From a virus (lineage: Duplodnaviria; Caudoviricetes), in IMG/VR virus record IMGVR_UViG_3300020172_002575, positions 1-54,276 of that record: 54,276 bases of DNA; one strand, given 5' to 3'. Each line of letters begins with the position of its first letter. The first letter of the stretch is position 1. Position numbers and translations under genes: made by a program. Of the stretch, positions 9,804-19,459 are shown in pieces. The notes below the pieces were generated by a model. The model was not told where the DNA came from. It did not search any database and saw only the letters and a list, made by a program, of their open reading frames with translations.

Positions 9804-10591
9804 TGCAAACTTCTGTAAAATTACGAACCGGACATAGACTTGATCTAGACGATGGCGCAAGCTGCTATTGGTTTGAAATGGACCATCCTAGAGAAAAAGT
9901 ACCTGATTTTAAAACTATCTACGATTACTATATTGAAAAAAACTTTTGGAAACAGTGGATTAAACCTGGCATGACCTGTATTGACATTGGCGGTCATTCA
10001 GGAGATACAGCGATTCCAATGATGACGCAATGTAGAGCTACGGTGTTGTCTGTGGAACCCAATCCTGTGATTCGCCCTTATTTGCAATTCAATTGCGAAG
10101 TCAATAAGCATCTAGGTCGATTTGTTATTGCATCAGAAGCAGTAACCAATCAAAATGCCGATAATCTTACTTTTAAAGATCATCAAAACAGTATGTGTAA
10201 TGGTGGTCTAGTTGGTGAGACCTGGGATGCAGAAACTGCCGCTAGAGTAGCAGGTATGAGTGGAGAAAGTATTACTGTGTCTGGACTGACATTAGAGGAC
10301 ATGTGCAAAAAGTATTTGACCAATGATGAAATGGAAAAGATTGGTTTTGTTAAAACAGATACCGAAGGACATGATATAGAAATCATTAGGAGTTCTAGAG
10401 ATATTCTTGTAAAATATAAACCTGTACTATTCACCGAGTGGTTTGTTGCATACAGTCAAGCCGATACCAATGAACTGTTTCGAGTCATTGACCAGGCAGG
10501 ATATGTGGCATTTTACCCTGAAACCATGCAAGAAGCACACCCCGATCAAAGAAGCGAAGATTTAGTTTGCCTACACAAGGACAATTTATGA
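9803..10591 (+). CDS. FkbM-family SAM-dependent methyltransferase
   Basis: IDIGGHSG, SVEPNP and VKTDTEGHD motifs; TAATG coupling gives the start at 9803. Confidence 0.85.
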   Translation: MQTSVKLRTGHRLDLDDGASCYWFEMDHPREKVPDFKTIYDYYIEKNFWKQWIKPGMTCIDIGGHSGDTAIPMMTQCRATVLSVEPNPVIRPYLQFNCEVNKHLGRFVIASEAVTNQNADNLTFKDHQNSMCNGGLVGETWDAETAARVAGMSGESITVSGLTLEDMCKKYLTNDEMEKIGFVKTDTEGHDIEIIRSSRDILVKYKPVLFTEWFVAYSQADTNELFRVIDQAGYVAFYPETMQEAHPDQRSEDLVCLHKDNL

Positions 10592-10785
10592 AAGTAGAAC
10601 TAAGCAATGTTGATGGCTATCATACTTACGGGTATTTTGAGCCAATGAATCATCCAGAAGGCTATTGTGCCTTAAAAATTACCAGTCAATTGGAGACTGC
10701 CAAAAATCCTGAAGCAGAACAGACTAGATTTACTATGATACTGTCTCCTGATGCCCTCAACAATTTACGCACACTAATTAAATGA
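10588..10785 (+). CDS. Hypothetical protein
   Basis: ATGA-coupled ORF. Confidence 0.65.
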   Translation: MKVELSNVDGYHTYGYFEPMNHPEGYCALKITSQLETAKNPEAEQTRFTMILSPDALNNLRTLIK

Positions 10786-11702
10786 AAGAACTTTGGACTG
10801 AAAAATATCGCCCACAATCAATTGATGGGTATGTATTCACTGACCCCACACAGCGAGAACAAATTGAATATTTTATAAAAGAAAAATCAATCCCGCATTT
10901 GCTATTCACCGGCCCAGCGGGCACTGGCAAAACAACACTGGCAAAAATTCTTGTTAATAGTTTGGACATTGATCCTTATGATTTTTTGCAAGTTAATGCG
11001 TCTAGAGATAACGGTGTAGATTTTCTTAAAACTAAAATCGAAGGCTTTGTAAGTACAATGCCGTTTGGTGATTTAAAAATTGTATTGCTAGATGAAGCTG
11101 ACTATTTGAGTCATAATGCACAGGCTATCTTGCGTGGATTAATGGAGACTTATGCTAGCCAAGCTAGATTTATTCTCACTTGCAATCTAGCGCACAAGAT
11201 TATCAATCCACTCAAAAGTCGTTGTCAACAGTTTGTTATTGACAAAACTGATACAACGGAATTTACCACTAGAGTTGCCACTGTATTAATTACAGAAGGT
11301 GCAGAATTTGACATCGACACTTTAGACAGTTATGTCAAAGCCACTTATCCGGACTTACGTAAATGTTTAAATCTATTACAAAGCAATAGTGTAAGCGGCA
11401 AACTATCTATATCTAAAGGTAGTGATTCTAGCACTACAGACTACAAACTAGACGTGGTGAACTTGTTCAAGCAAGGAAAGATACGTGAAGCAAGAACACT
11501 GTTTTGTTCACACACTTCTGCCGATGAATGCGAGAACGCATTTACTTGGATGCATCAGAATCTGGACTTGTGGTCAGGTACTCTTGAAGGTCAGGACGAA
11601 GCAATTAAAATTATACGCAAAGGTGCAGCTACACATTCACTGGTAGCCGATCACGAAATTAATCTTTCAGCAACATTTGTGGAACTCAGTCAAATATCAT
11701 GA
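10782..11702 (+). CDS. Clamp loader AAA+ subunit (T4 gp44 / RFC small-subunit-like)
   Basis: LWTEKYRP, GPAGTGKT, LLDEAD and SRC motifs. Confidence 0.93.
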   Translation: MKELWTEKYRPQSIDGYVFTDPTQREQIEYFIKEKSIPHLLFTGPAGTGKTTLAKILVNSLDIDPYDFLQVNASRDNGVDFLKTKIEGFVSTMPFGDLKIVLLDEADYLSHNAQAILRGLMETYASQARFILTCNLAHKIINPLKSRCQQFVIDKTDTTEFTTRVATVLITEGAEFDIDTLDSYVKATYPDLRKCLNLLQSNSVSGKLSISKGSDSSTTDYKLDVVNLFKQGKIREARTLFCSHTSADECENAFTWMHQNLDLWSGTLEGQDEAIKIIRKGAATHSLVADHEINLSATFVELSQIS

Positions 11703-12073
11703 AAAAACAAAACATCTATCTTGTAGCTCACTACTCAACCAGACCACGAGACCCAAAGAAAACACGCATACCGGGTTATATGAAAGATCCTGCTAATCAT
11801 CAGATCGACGAACAGGTTCAAATCAGTACAAGATTACGCAAGCAAGACGTTAATGCTAAAATTATTATTAATCTTACTGATAAAAAAGTTGAACAAAACA
11901 GCTTCAATGGCAAAAAAGACTTCAATGAACTATTCAAATACTTTTTTAAAGGGTATCACAAATACGTAACTGAAGTTATGTCCAAGTTGGATCCTGAATA
12001 TTTTAATTCTATGCTCGACGAAATGCAAGCAGAGCTAGACTCAGAAAAGAAAAATGAAGAAATTCCAGCTTAG
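11699..12073 (+). CDS. Hypothetical protein
   Basis: Coupled ORF after the clamp loader. Confidence 0.7.
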   Translation: MKKQNIYLVAHYSTRPRDPKKTRIPGYMKDPANHQIDEQVQISTRLRKQDVNAKIIINLTDKKVEQNSFNGKKDFNELFKYFFKGYHKYVTEVMSKLDPEYFNSMLDEMQAELDSEKKNEEIPA

Positions 12074-12377
12074 TGAAGCAGGTGCTAGAGGTTGGTTTGT
12101 AGGGGACTTTCCTGAAGCAATACATCGCACTAAAGATTTTGAAACTTGCTACCAAACTAATTTAGCTGGTACAGTTTACGAACGACATTATCATAAGATC
12201 GTTACCGAAATACAGTTAATCACACGTGGATGCATGGTACTTAACGATGTTGAATATCGCACCGGAGATATTGTAATTGTAGAGCCCGGAGATATAGTTG
12301 GTGGTTATTATCCCGAAGATACTGACACTGTAGCAGTTAAATTTCCTAGTGTACCCGACGATAAATATTATGTATGA
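12054..12377 (+). CDS. Cupin-domain protein
   Basis: GWFVGDF, HYHKIVTE..LITRG and GDIVIVEPG cupin motifs. Confidence 0.75.
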   Translation: MKKFQLSEAGARGWFVGDFPEAIHRTKDFETCYQTNLAGTVYERHYHKIVTEIQLITRGCMVLNDVEYRTGDIVIVEPGDIVGGYYPEDTDTVAVKFPSVPDDKYYV

Positions 12378-12613
12378 GTAATATCTTTAAAGTAATGAAG
12401 GCGAAAAAGAAGAGGGCAGCAAATCCTGATGCTCCGCCACGTCCTAATTTAATGACTCATGATGTAAAACTGCGGGATCAAGAACTTACAGTCAATAATC
12501 TGATGTCATCTGTTGCATATCTCAGAGATCGTGTGCATAATCTAGAATCAAAATTACGTAATCAAACAACTTATCTGCAAGCTCTGCATAACAAAATTAT
12601 CAAAAATAAATAA
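12374..12613 (+). CDS. Hypothetical coiled-coil protein
   Basis: Coupled ORF. Confidence 0.65.
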   Translation: MSNIFKVMKAKKKRAANPDAPPRPNLMTHDVKLRDQELTVNNLMSSVAYLRDRVHNLESKLRNQTTYLQALHNKIIKNK

Positions 12614-13116
12614 TGACAACTTTATATTTAGACATGGACGGCGTAGTTGCCGACTTTGACGAGTACGCCGCACGTACTTTAGGAATACCACCATCAAGCG
12701 GAATCTATCCTGACGAGGTATGGTACAAACTGGCTTCAAATGCTAGACTGTATAGAGACTTGATTAAAACATCGTACGCAGACCAATTGGTATTTGAATG
12801 TAGTAAATTTGCTAAACAACACAATTACGAATTAATGTTTTTGACTGCCGTTCCCAAGGGCAATGACGTTCCTTGGGCATTTTATGACAAAGTCTATTGG
12901 GCCAGACACAACTTTCCTACTATTCCGGTTATGTTTGGACCGTTTAGTAAAGACAAACACCAGCACTGTAAACCCGGAGATATTTTAATTGATGATCGTG
13001 CCAGCAACATTGAAGAATGGCGTGCTGCGAGTGGCCTAGCAATACTACACAAAGATTACAACGATACTATGACTCAATTAAATCAATTGATTCCACAAGT
13101 TTCGTTGCAAGTGTAA
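12613..13116 (+). CDS. HAD-family 5'(3')-deoxyribonucleotidase
   Basis: YLDMDGVVADF, FLTA, K..W and ILIDDR motifs. Confidence 0.87.
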   Translation: MTTLYLDMDGVVADFDEYAARTLGIPPSSGIYPDEVWYKLASNARLYRDLIKTSYADQLVFECSKFAKQHNYELMFLTAVPKGNDVPWAFYDKVYWARHNFPTIPVMFGPFSKDKHQHCKPGDILIDDRASNIEEWRAASGLAILHKDYNDTMTQLNQLIPQVSLQV

Positions 13117-14078
13117 ATTTTACCTTGTGCAACAGAGTCTTGATTCCAAGACTCTTCAATTTTATTAAACCATTCCACAGCATGTTCAATGCTGTATTCC
13201 AAAGCATTATTGTTCTTGATAATAGGTCGTAGCTGCATATTACTAGGATTACCTGTTTCTTGCATGGGATAAAATCCCAACCAACAGCAAGGATATACTT
13301 CTCCATTGGCTGTGATGTATATTTCTTTTTGTTTTTTAGCATAACAGTCAATTTTTCTATTAGGATGTTCGGTCTGTAGTATTGTAATCTCAGGCTTGTC
13401 TACATAATGTAAATGAAATGTAAACAACTCATCAAAATTTTTACTACCAGCGTAATTTCCTAAACTATGGCTGTAATTGCCATCTCTTGTAAAAACAGGA
13501 CCTGTATTGCGTCCAGCATCCACCACATGAAATTCTTGAAATCCTAATTGTTTAGATAATTCCCTAGCTTGATCAATTTGATGTTCATTATGAGCAAAAG
13601 GTATAAATGCCCATATTGCATATCCGCCTGCCGCAATAAACTTACAGGCATTTTCTATAATCAAATCAAAGTTGGTATATTGACGATATAGATGATGTGT
13701 GTCGTTGAGTCCATCTAATCTAAAATGCACTCGAGTTTTTAATTCTCCCAGTCTGGTCCAAATGTTAGGACGTCCACTGGCGTTGGTACTGATTTCAATT
13801 GCCAAATTAGGATTCACACTTTTAAAATATTCCACTATTTCCAATCCATCACGAGCAGTTATGAAATCTCCATAATTGCCGTTTATTAAAATATGATTTA
13901 TTTGTGTAAGAAAGGAAGATGTGAATATTTTTTGCGCCTGCTCTAAAGACATGTCGCAGACAGGATAGGAATCAATTGTGTCAACGCCGCGAAAATTTCT
14001 TGGACATTCAGGACAAGCAGCATTGCATCTAGTTGAAATCTCCAAATGAACGCTGCTTATGTCGTTGTATTTTAGCAT
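13083..14078 (-). CDS. Radical SAM protein with SPASM/twitch-like C-terminus
   Basis: CNAACPEC (CX3CX2C); C-terminal C...GEVYPCC...CNETC. Confidence 0.88.
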   Translation of the reverse strand: MLKYNDISSVHLEISTRCNAACPECPRNFRGVDTIDSYPVCDMSLEQAQKIFTSSFLTQINHILINGNYGDFITARDGLEIVEYFKSVNPNLAIEISTNASGRPNIWTRLGELKTRVHFRLDGLNDTHHLYRQYTNFDLIIENACKFIAAGGYAIWAFIPFAHNEHQIDQARELSKQLGFQEFHVVDAGRNTGPVFTRDGNYSHSLGNYAGSKNFDELFTFHLHYVDKPEITILQTEHPNRKIDCYAKKQKEIYITANGEVYPCCWLGFYPMQETGNPSNMQLRPIIKNNNALEYSIEHAVEWFNKIEESWNQDSVAQGKIYTCNETCGIN

Positions 14079-14082
14079 TCAG

Positions 14083-14088
14083 TATTTA
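14083..14088 (-). promoter_or_regulatory. Putative late promoter TAAATA (leaderless)
   Basis: On the minus strand, TAAATA-ctga-ATG(14078). Confidence 0.55.
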
Positions 14089-14094
14089 ACTACA

Positions 14095-14814
14095 TTATTC
14101 CTCCCCGTATAGTTTAAGAACTTCAGCTACAGCAGGATGTCGTCTGACGTCCTTGACTGCAAATTCTACACCAGCAATGTATTGGCTGTCAAAGTTTGTC
14201 ATCAAACTTTGGAAGTCCAATAGTCCGTTGTCCTTGGCCCTACGGTCGGCCTGCTGTGTATCACCTGTAATAACCATCTTGGAGTTTTCACCTAAACGAG
14301 TTAGCAGCATCTTCATCTGACTTGGTGTCGCGTTTTGCATTTCATCTGCAATAATCCACGAGTTTTTAAATGTCCGCCCTCGCATGTATGCTAGTGGAGC
14401 AATCTCTATATATTTTTCTTCTAGCAGACGTAGTACCTCCTGTGGTTTGTAATACTCCTCTATAATATCAAAGATGGGTCTAGTCCACGGCTCCATCTTT
14501 TGATTCAGTGTGCCCGGTAAAAATCCATGTTGCTCGTCATCAACACCTACTGCGGGCCTAGTAATAACAATCTTAGAGCATTCGCCTGCTCTAAATGCTT
14601 TTAGCGCGGCCAACACAGCCAGCATAGTTTTGCCTGTTCCTGCCGGGCCTGCGGCATATACTATTAAGCGTTGGGGATTTTCTAGTAGATCAATGTAAGT
14701 TTCTTGGTTTAAGCTTTTTGGGATCAGTTGAATGGTACGGCGTTGTTTTTGATAGGAATCAATGTTGCTAACTACTGTTAATTGTGCTACTTCATTGCGA
14801 CGGCGTTTGCTCAA
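14095..14814 (-). CDS. phoH: PhoH-family ATPase
   Basis: GPAGTGKT, RPAV, GFLPG, YMRGRT, DEMQN and GDTQQAD motifs; likely TTG start at 14814 after AAAGGAGG. Confidence 0.93.
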   Translation of the reverse strand: MSKRRRNEVAQLTVVSNIDSYQKQRRTIQLIPKSLNQETYIDLLENPQRLIVYAAGPAGTGKTMLAVLAALKAFRAGECSKIVITRPAVGVDDEQHGFLPGTLNQKMEPWTRPIFDIIEEYYKPQEVLRLLEEKYIEIAPLAYMRGRTFKNSWIIADEMQNATPSQMKMLLTRLGENSKMVITGDTQQADRRAKDNGLLDFQSLMTNFDSQYIAGVEFAVKDVRRHPAVAEVLKLYGEE

Positions 14815-14899
14815 GACTGCCTCCTTTATGTTTGGTGGATCTAACATAGCCGAGCTCCTTAAAGTGGGCTTGGCCTCTTCTTTATCAAGTCCACGCAAA

Positions 14900-14905
14900 T
14901 ATTTA
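14900..14905 (-). promoter_or_regulatory. Putative late promoter TAAATA for phoH
   Basis: Motif on the minus strand about 85 nt upstream of the phoH start. Confidence 0.45.
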
Positions 14906-15014
14906 AGAAACAAAATTTATATTGAAAACTGTGTGTTTATTAATATTTTTCCGGGCTAAGTATTAGACCGTACTCAAGCAAATTATTCATAAAACTATTA
15001 GAACAAATATTGGC

Positions 15015-15020
15015 TAAATA
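15015..15020 (+). promoter_or_regulatory. Putative late promoter TAAATA
   Basis: GCTAAATA upstream of ATG 15042. Confidence 0.5.
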
Positions 15021-15041
15021 ACTAATATTGAAATAAATTTT

Positions 15042-15620
15042 ATGCCAACAGATATAAAAGACGTATTAGAAAACACAAAAACCATATCCATGACAGATAG
15101 TGCAGTTAATACCCTCTTGGATTTTGAGCGTGTTGTTGACGAGCTGGATGTATATACTTTTGCTAATTGGAAAAAAGGCGAACTTGTTGTTGGACCAAAA
15201 TACGAAAAATATTTCGTAACTTGTACTTTTATGTGGCCACACAAACTAATGCCTGATCCACGAGGTGGGGAACGCCTATTAGATTATGGGTGTGAAATAA
15301 GATATAAAAAAGATCATCTACAATACCCAGTTAAAGTAAAAGATCCAGAAGATTTTAAACCTGGTACTAAAGTACCAAAAATGGCCAGAGTTCCTGTTTG
15401 GCTAGTAGAAATTGTTATGCCCAAGCAGTTGATGCAAGAAATTAATCAAGGTAGCGTGGAACTAGAAGCTGGCAAAGTCGATGCCGAAGACATTGAACAA
15501 AGCTACGAAGAAGGCTTAGACGATAACATGTACAAGACCGAAGCAGAAGCGCCTACATCGGCTAGTCAGGGCCAAGAAAATACACCACAAGGACAACAAA
15601 ATGGACCAGCACCTTATTAA
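15042..15620 (+). CDS. Hypothetical phage protein
   Basis: Long ORF with acidic tail; MPDPRGGERL segment. Confidence 0.8.
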   Translation: MPTDIKDVLENTKTISMTDSAVNTLLDFERVVDELDVYTFANWKKGELVVGPKYEKYFVTCTFMWPHKLMPDPRGGERLLDYGCEIRYKKDHLQYPVKVKDPEDFKPGTKVPKMARVPVWLVEIVMPKQLMQEINQGSVELEAGKVDAEDIEQSYEEGLDDNMYKTEAEAPTSASQGQENTPQGQQNGPAPY

Positions 15621-16158
15621 TGTTACCGAAGGGTTAGAAGCAAATGACCTAAAACGTTTAGTTCATAACGAATTGCATATTGACGAATACAAGAGCAAGA
15701 TGGGCAAGGACGAGGATGTTGCAGTTATGAGTTTCAAGGTCAACGGAAAAGAGCCAGCATCAGATTTAGTTAACTTTATCGAAAAAGGCTATGATTGGGT
15801 AATCGATGCTGATATAAGTGCTGGCGAACTAGACGATGGCGATTTTATCGTATTTGTCGAAACCGATCGTGTTCCTGCTTTGGCTGAAAATATTATTCTC
15901 ATGATGGAAGATGTTATGAGGTTGACAAATCAGAAGTTGTCTGAGTGGAGACTATTAACTAGATCTAGTCCAGAAGAGCATGAGTTAACTGCGGACAATA
16001 TTAAAATGCTAGTTCCTCTTACCACAGAAGATTATCTACGTAGATTTGGAGAAAAGGCATTAGATGAGATGCGTGCCGCAGCAGGCGTTAATATTCACAC
16101 CAAGGCTCCAAAAAATGATCATACACAATCATTGAGATCGTTGGCAGGTATTCTTTAA
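15601..16158 (+). CDS. Hypothetical protein (possibly head-associated)
   Basis: C-terminal LRSLAGI resembles LKRLAGI in the 28080 ORF. Confidence 0.75.
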   Translation: MDQHLINVTEGLEANDLKRLVHNELHIDEYKSKMGKDEDVAVMSFKVNGKEPASDLVNFIEKGYDWVIDADISAGELDDGDFIVFVETDRVPALAENIILMMEDVMRLTNQKLSEWRLLTRSSPEEHELTADNIKMLVPLTTEDYLRRFGEKALDEMRAAAGVNIHTKAPKNDHTQSLRSLAGIL

Positions 16159-16167
16159 CTTTTTTAC

Positions 16168-17049
16168 ATGTTAGATCTGATAACGGTAGTATTTCAGCCT
16201 GAAATACCTTACCTTGAAATTCAAGCTAAATCTATAGATCAAAACTTTGATGAAGATCAAATAAAAAACATTTATATAGTTGTAAATGATCAAGACTCAA
16301 TTGTTGATTTAATACCTAAATCCTGGTGGGGAAAATTCGCTGATCGAGTAATTATCTATCCATATTCTACATTTGGTTATGTTAATAGGGTAGGCGGCTG
16401 GGACAATCAACAATTGTGTAAATTGTTAGCCGCAGCCAGATCTACATGTGAGTGGAGTGTGGTATTAGATGCCAAAACTTTCTTTGTCAAACCATTTAAA
16501 ATAGAACTATTCTTAGATTCCGATAATCATGCCTGTACTGCCAAACTATTACCACAACCTGTTTTTGAATCAGCAAAACTCTTTGTTGAGAGTCTCTATA
16601 ACATTGAGCTTGATTATATAATTGGTCCAGGAGGTGTGCCTTTTTTATTTCACACTCAAACTGTTAATTTTTTAATACAGGATACAGAAGAATTAACTAA
16701 AAAACCTTTCATTGAGTTTTTTCTTGACAATGTTTGCTATCCTAATTTGATCACTGAATTTTATCTTTATTCTGCATATGTCAAATATAAGTATGGTAAT
16801 TTTGACAAATTGTATGTAGAAAAACAAAGATGGAATTGCGTCAATATTGCAGAATGGGAAGCTGATAATTTTGACGAGCTTTTTTTAAGTATGCAAAAAT
16901 TTCTTACTTTAACTGTTAGTATTGCTTCTAAAACTTGGGTTTTATTAAGCGAGGAAAAGAAAACTGCTTACCTAGAATTTCTAAATAAGCGAAATCTAAT
17001 CACTGACACCCAAAATACCCAAAAAAAGCTAAATACTGTTATCAATTAA
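16168..17049 (+). CDS. Glycosyltransferase-like (DUF6492-like) protein
   Basis: GWDNQQLCKL, VVLDAK and TEFYLY motifs; GT-A-like N-terminus. Confidence 0.6.
   Translation: MLDLITVVFQPEIPYLEIQAKSIDQNFDEDQIKNIYIVVNDQDSIVDLIPKSWWGKFADRVIIYPYSTFGYVNRVGGWDNQQLCKLLAAARSTCEWSVVLDAKTFFVKPFKIELFLDSDNHACTAKLLPQPVFESAKLFVESLYNIELDYIIGPGGVPFLFHTQTVNFLIQDTEELTKKPFIEFFLDNVCYPNLITEFYLYSAYVKYKYGNFDKLYVEKQRWNCVNIAEWEADNFDELFLSMQKFLTLTVSIASKTWVLLSEEKKTAYLEFLNKRNLITDTQNTQKKLNTVIN
17030..17035 (+). promoter_or_regulatory. Putative late promoter for the lysis cassette
   Basis: GCTAAATA upstream of ATG 17060. Confidence 0.55.
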
Positions 17050-17059
17050 CAGTATTTTT

Positions 17060-17575
17060 ATGTGGCTATTACATCTATTACCTGACAGTTTAATTCTTTT
17101 CTTTACCTATTGCTTAATAGGTGCCGGCGCAGTTGGCTTAATAGCCAGTTGGTTGATTACATTCATTCCTTTCCTTAATATCTATAGAAAATGGATCCAG
17201 ATAGCAAGCGTGCTACTGCTCATTGCCGGTATCTACTGGTATGGTGGTTATAGCAACGAAATGCTCTGGAGAGCCCGTGTAGCAGAAATGGAAGAAAAAG
17301 TAAGATTGGCTGAACAAAAATCACAGCAGGCAAACACAGAAATCGAAACTCGAGTAGTTGAAAAGACCAAGGTTATCAGAGAAAAAGGCAAATTACAAAT
17401 TGAATATGTTAACCGTTTAGTCAAAGGCGACACCGTTGAAATAGTTAAAGATATGAGCGAAGAAGAACGTAAAGCGTTCCTAGCAAAACAACAAGAATTA
17501 CAGGATGCACTAAAAAATTGTCCTGTTCCACGAATTATAGTTGAAGAACACAATAAAGCAGCGGAGAAAAAATGA
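17060..17575 (+). CDS. Inner-membrane spanin (Rz-like)
   Basis: N-terminal TM helices, long coiled coil and a Cys near the C-terminus; directly upstream of a lipoprotein and lysin. Confidence 0.72.
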   Translation: MWLLHLLPDSLILFFTYCLIGAGAVGLIASWLITFIPFLNIYRKWIQIASVLLLIAGIYWYGGYSNEMLWRARVAEMEEKVRLAEQKSQQANTEIETRVVEKTKVIREKGKLQIEYVNRLVKGDTVEIVKDMSEEERKAFLAKQQELQDALKNCPVPRIIVEEHNKAAEKK

Positions 17576-17838
17576 AAATTATTTACGCAATTGTATTAGC
17601 TTTGTTGGCAGGTTGTTCAACTACTGTACCAGTTACAGCAAAATTTCCTCAGGCTCCAAAATCTCTTACAGAACAATGTGCAGAGTTAAAAAAAATTAAC
17701 AGTGAACAAGTATCAATAGTTGAATTACATACTACCGTTGTTGAAAATTACACCCACTATTATGAGTGTGCGTTAAAAGTAGAAGAATGGAATACATGGT
17801 ATGCAAAACAGAAAAAAATATTTGAAGAGGTAAAATAA
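17572..17838 (+). CDS. Outer-membrane spanin lipoprotein (Rz1-like)
   Basis: Lipobox LLAGC, Pro-rich linker, two further Cys. Confidence 0.75.
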   Translation: MKIIYAIVLALLAGCSTTVPVTAKFPQAPKSLTEQCAELKKINSEQVSIVELHTTVVENYTHYYECALKVEEWNTWYAKQKKIFEEVK

Positions 17839-17888
17839 TGCAGCAAGAGGAAGCCTGCCCTATATGTGGCGGAAAACATAACAAATAA
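17838..17888 (+). CDS. Possible 16-aa micropeptide MQQEEACPICGGKHNK
   Basis: TAATG-coupled, GAGG SD; fills the gap between spanin and lysin. Confidence 0.4.
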   Translation: MQQEEACPICGGKHNK

Positions 17889-17899
17889 AAGGAGCTATT

Positions 17900-18517
17900 A
17901 TGGAATTATCAAAAGATCAATTAAAACAATTACTACCAAAGAACCCATATATTGACCACTGGCATAAAGCTTTGAGTCAATTGTTGCCAGATTATGAAAT
18001 CAATACTCCTCAACGTATTGCATCATTTATTGCTCAATGTGCTCATGAGTCTGGTAGTTTTGTTTTCCTAACAGAAAATTTAAATTACAAAGCTGAAAGT
18101 CTTATGAAAGTATTTCCAAAATACTTCACAGAAATGAGTGTCGCAAAAGCTTACGAAAAGAAGCCAGAAAAAATCGCCAACAAAATTTATGCAAATCGCA
18201 TGGGCAACGGCGACGAAGCGTCAGGCGACGGATACAAGTATCGCGGTCGTGGACTTATTCAATTGACTGGCAAAACAAACTACACTTGGTTTGCTGCCAG
18301 CTTGGAAATTGGTGCCGAGGAAGCAGCAGAATATACACAGACCTTCGAAGGCGCGGCACAGAGTGCCTGCTGGTTCTGGGAAACAAATAAGTTAAACAAT
18401 GAAGCCGACAAAGGCGACATTAAAACAATGACTAGAAAAATTAATGGCGGGTTTATTGGACTAGATGATCGCATCAAGCATTACAACCATGCGCTTCATG
18501 TATTAGGAGTACATTAA
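17900..18517 (+). CDS. Endolysin, glycoside hydrolase family 19
   Basis: FIAQCAHES, ENLNY, YRGRGLIQLTGK.NY and TRKINGG motifs. Confidence 0.93.
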   Translation: MELSKDQLKQLLPKNPYIDHWHKALSQLLPDYEINTPQRIASFIAQCAHESGSFVFLTENLNYKAESLMKVFPKYFTEMSVAKAYEKKPEKIANKIYANRMGNGDEASGDGYKYRGRGLIQLTGKTNYTWFAASLEIGAEEAAEYTQTFEGAAQSACWFWETNKLNNEADKGDIKTMTRKINGGFIGLDDRIKHYNHALHVLGVH

Positions 18518-18756
18518 TGAAATATCTATTATTATTAATTCCTTTGGTTTTATTGGGATGCGATGAAAGATATAGATATCCCTGCCAAGACCCAGAGAAC
18601 TGGGAATTAAAGGAATGTAAAAAACCTTATTGTAGTGCAAATGGCACATGCCCTGAGGATTTAACTCCATACGAAAAAGATAAAGTGGGAGGAATGCCCG
18701 GAAACCCAAACTTACAGCCTGCACCACAGGCACCTAAAAAAGGAGATTGTAAATGA
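18517..18756 (+). CDS. Cys-rich lipoprotein
   Basis: Lipobox LLGC; YRYPCQDP..C..PYC..GTC. Confidence 0.75.
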   Translation: MKYLLLLIPLVLLGCDERYRYPCQDPENWELKECKKPYCSANGTCPEDLTPYEKDKVGGMPGNPNLQPAPQAPKKGDCK

Positions 18757-19232
18757 TTAATGAATTATTCAACCAAGAAAGATATACCACGGAAGAATTA
18801 AATGCCAGACTAAAATTCTTTATTGGTATTGTATTAGGATTAACATTGTTTGGTATTGTATTTGTTGTACTATACAGTCTAATTTTTGTTACGCAACCAA
18901 TGAACGGAATGAGCCCAGTGGATAACAAGTTCTTTGAACTCATTATTCCTATTGCTACATTCTTAACTGGTACGTTATCGGGTATTATGTTGGCTGGTGA
19001 TGACAAGGAATTAAGAGCAAAAGCATTAGATGCTGCTAATAAACCTTACACTCCTCCACCAGCACCACCAGCACCTGCACCATCAGGGGGCGGCCTTGGC
19101 GCATCATTCTCGTTCACTAGTGCAGCAGTAGCGGCAGCACCAATTGGCGATGTTCCAAGTTTTGCTGCAAGTGTAGCACCAGGCTTTGGTGGCAAAGAAT
19201 CTCCATTCCAACCTGATCATCCGGAACGATAA
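18753..19232 (+). CDS. Two-TM membrane protein (holin/antiholin candidate)
   Basis: Two hydrophobic helices and a Pro/Ala-rich tail; lysis context. Confidence 0.6.
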   Translation: MINELFNQERYTTEELNARLKFFIGIVLGLTLFGIVFVVLYSLIFVTQPMNGMSPVDNKFFELIIPIATFLTGTLSGIMLAGDDKELRAKALDAANKPYTPPPAPPAPAPSGGGLGASFSFTSAAVAAAPIGDVPSFAASVAPGFGGKESPFQPDHPER

Positions 19233-19459
19233 TGAACTTTATTGTTCGAATGCTTTCAGGCGAAAGCGAGAGTAATCCTAGCAGCAAGAGAACCATTACA
19301 TTTTTGGCTTTCTTGCTGCTAGCGGTTGGATTTATAGCGGAAATGTTTTTTGAAAAGAAAGTTAATCCTACCACTTATGAATATATGATGTATATTGTTG
19401 TTGGTGGCTTGGGATTTACAGCATCAGAAAAATTTGTTAAAAAGGATAATACAAAATGA
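19232..19459 (+). CDS. Small two-TM protein (holin candidate)
   Basis: SSKR followed by two TM helices and a basic C-terminus. Confidence 0.6.
   Translation: MNFIVRMLSGESESNPSSKRTITFLAFLLLAVGFIAEMFFEKKVNPTTYEYMMYIVVGGLGFTASEKFVKKDNTK

Noticed and set aside
14815-14913. N-terminal extension of PhoH given in the ORF track
   Set aside because: A strong AAAGGAGG SD precedes TTG at 14814 and a putative promoter lies within the extension, so it is more likely 5' UTR.
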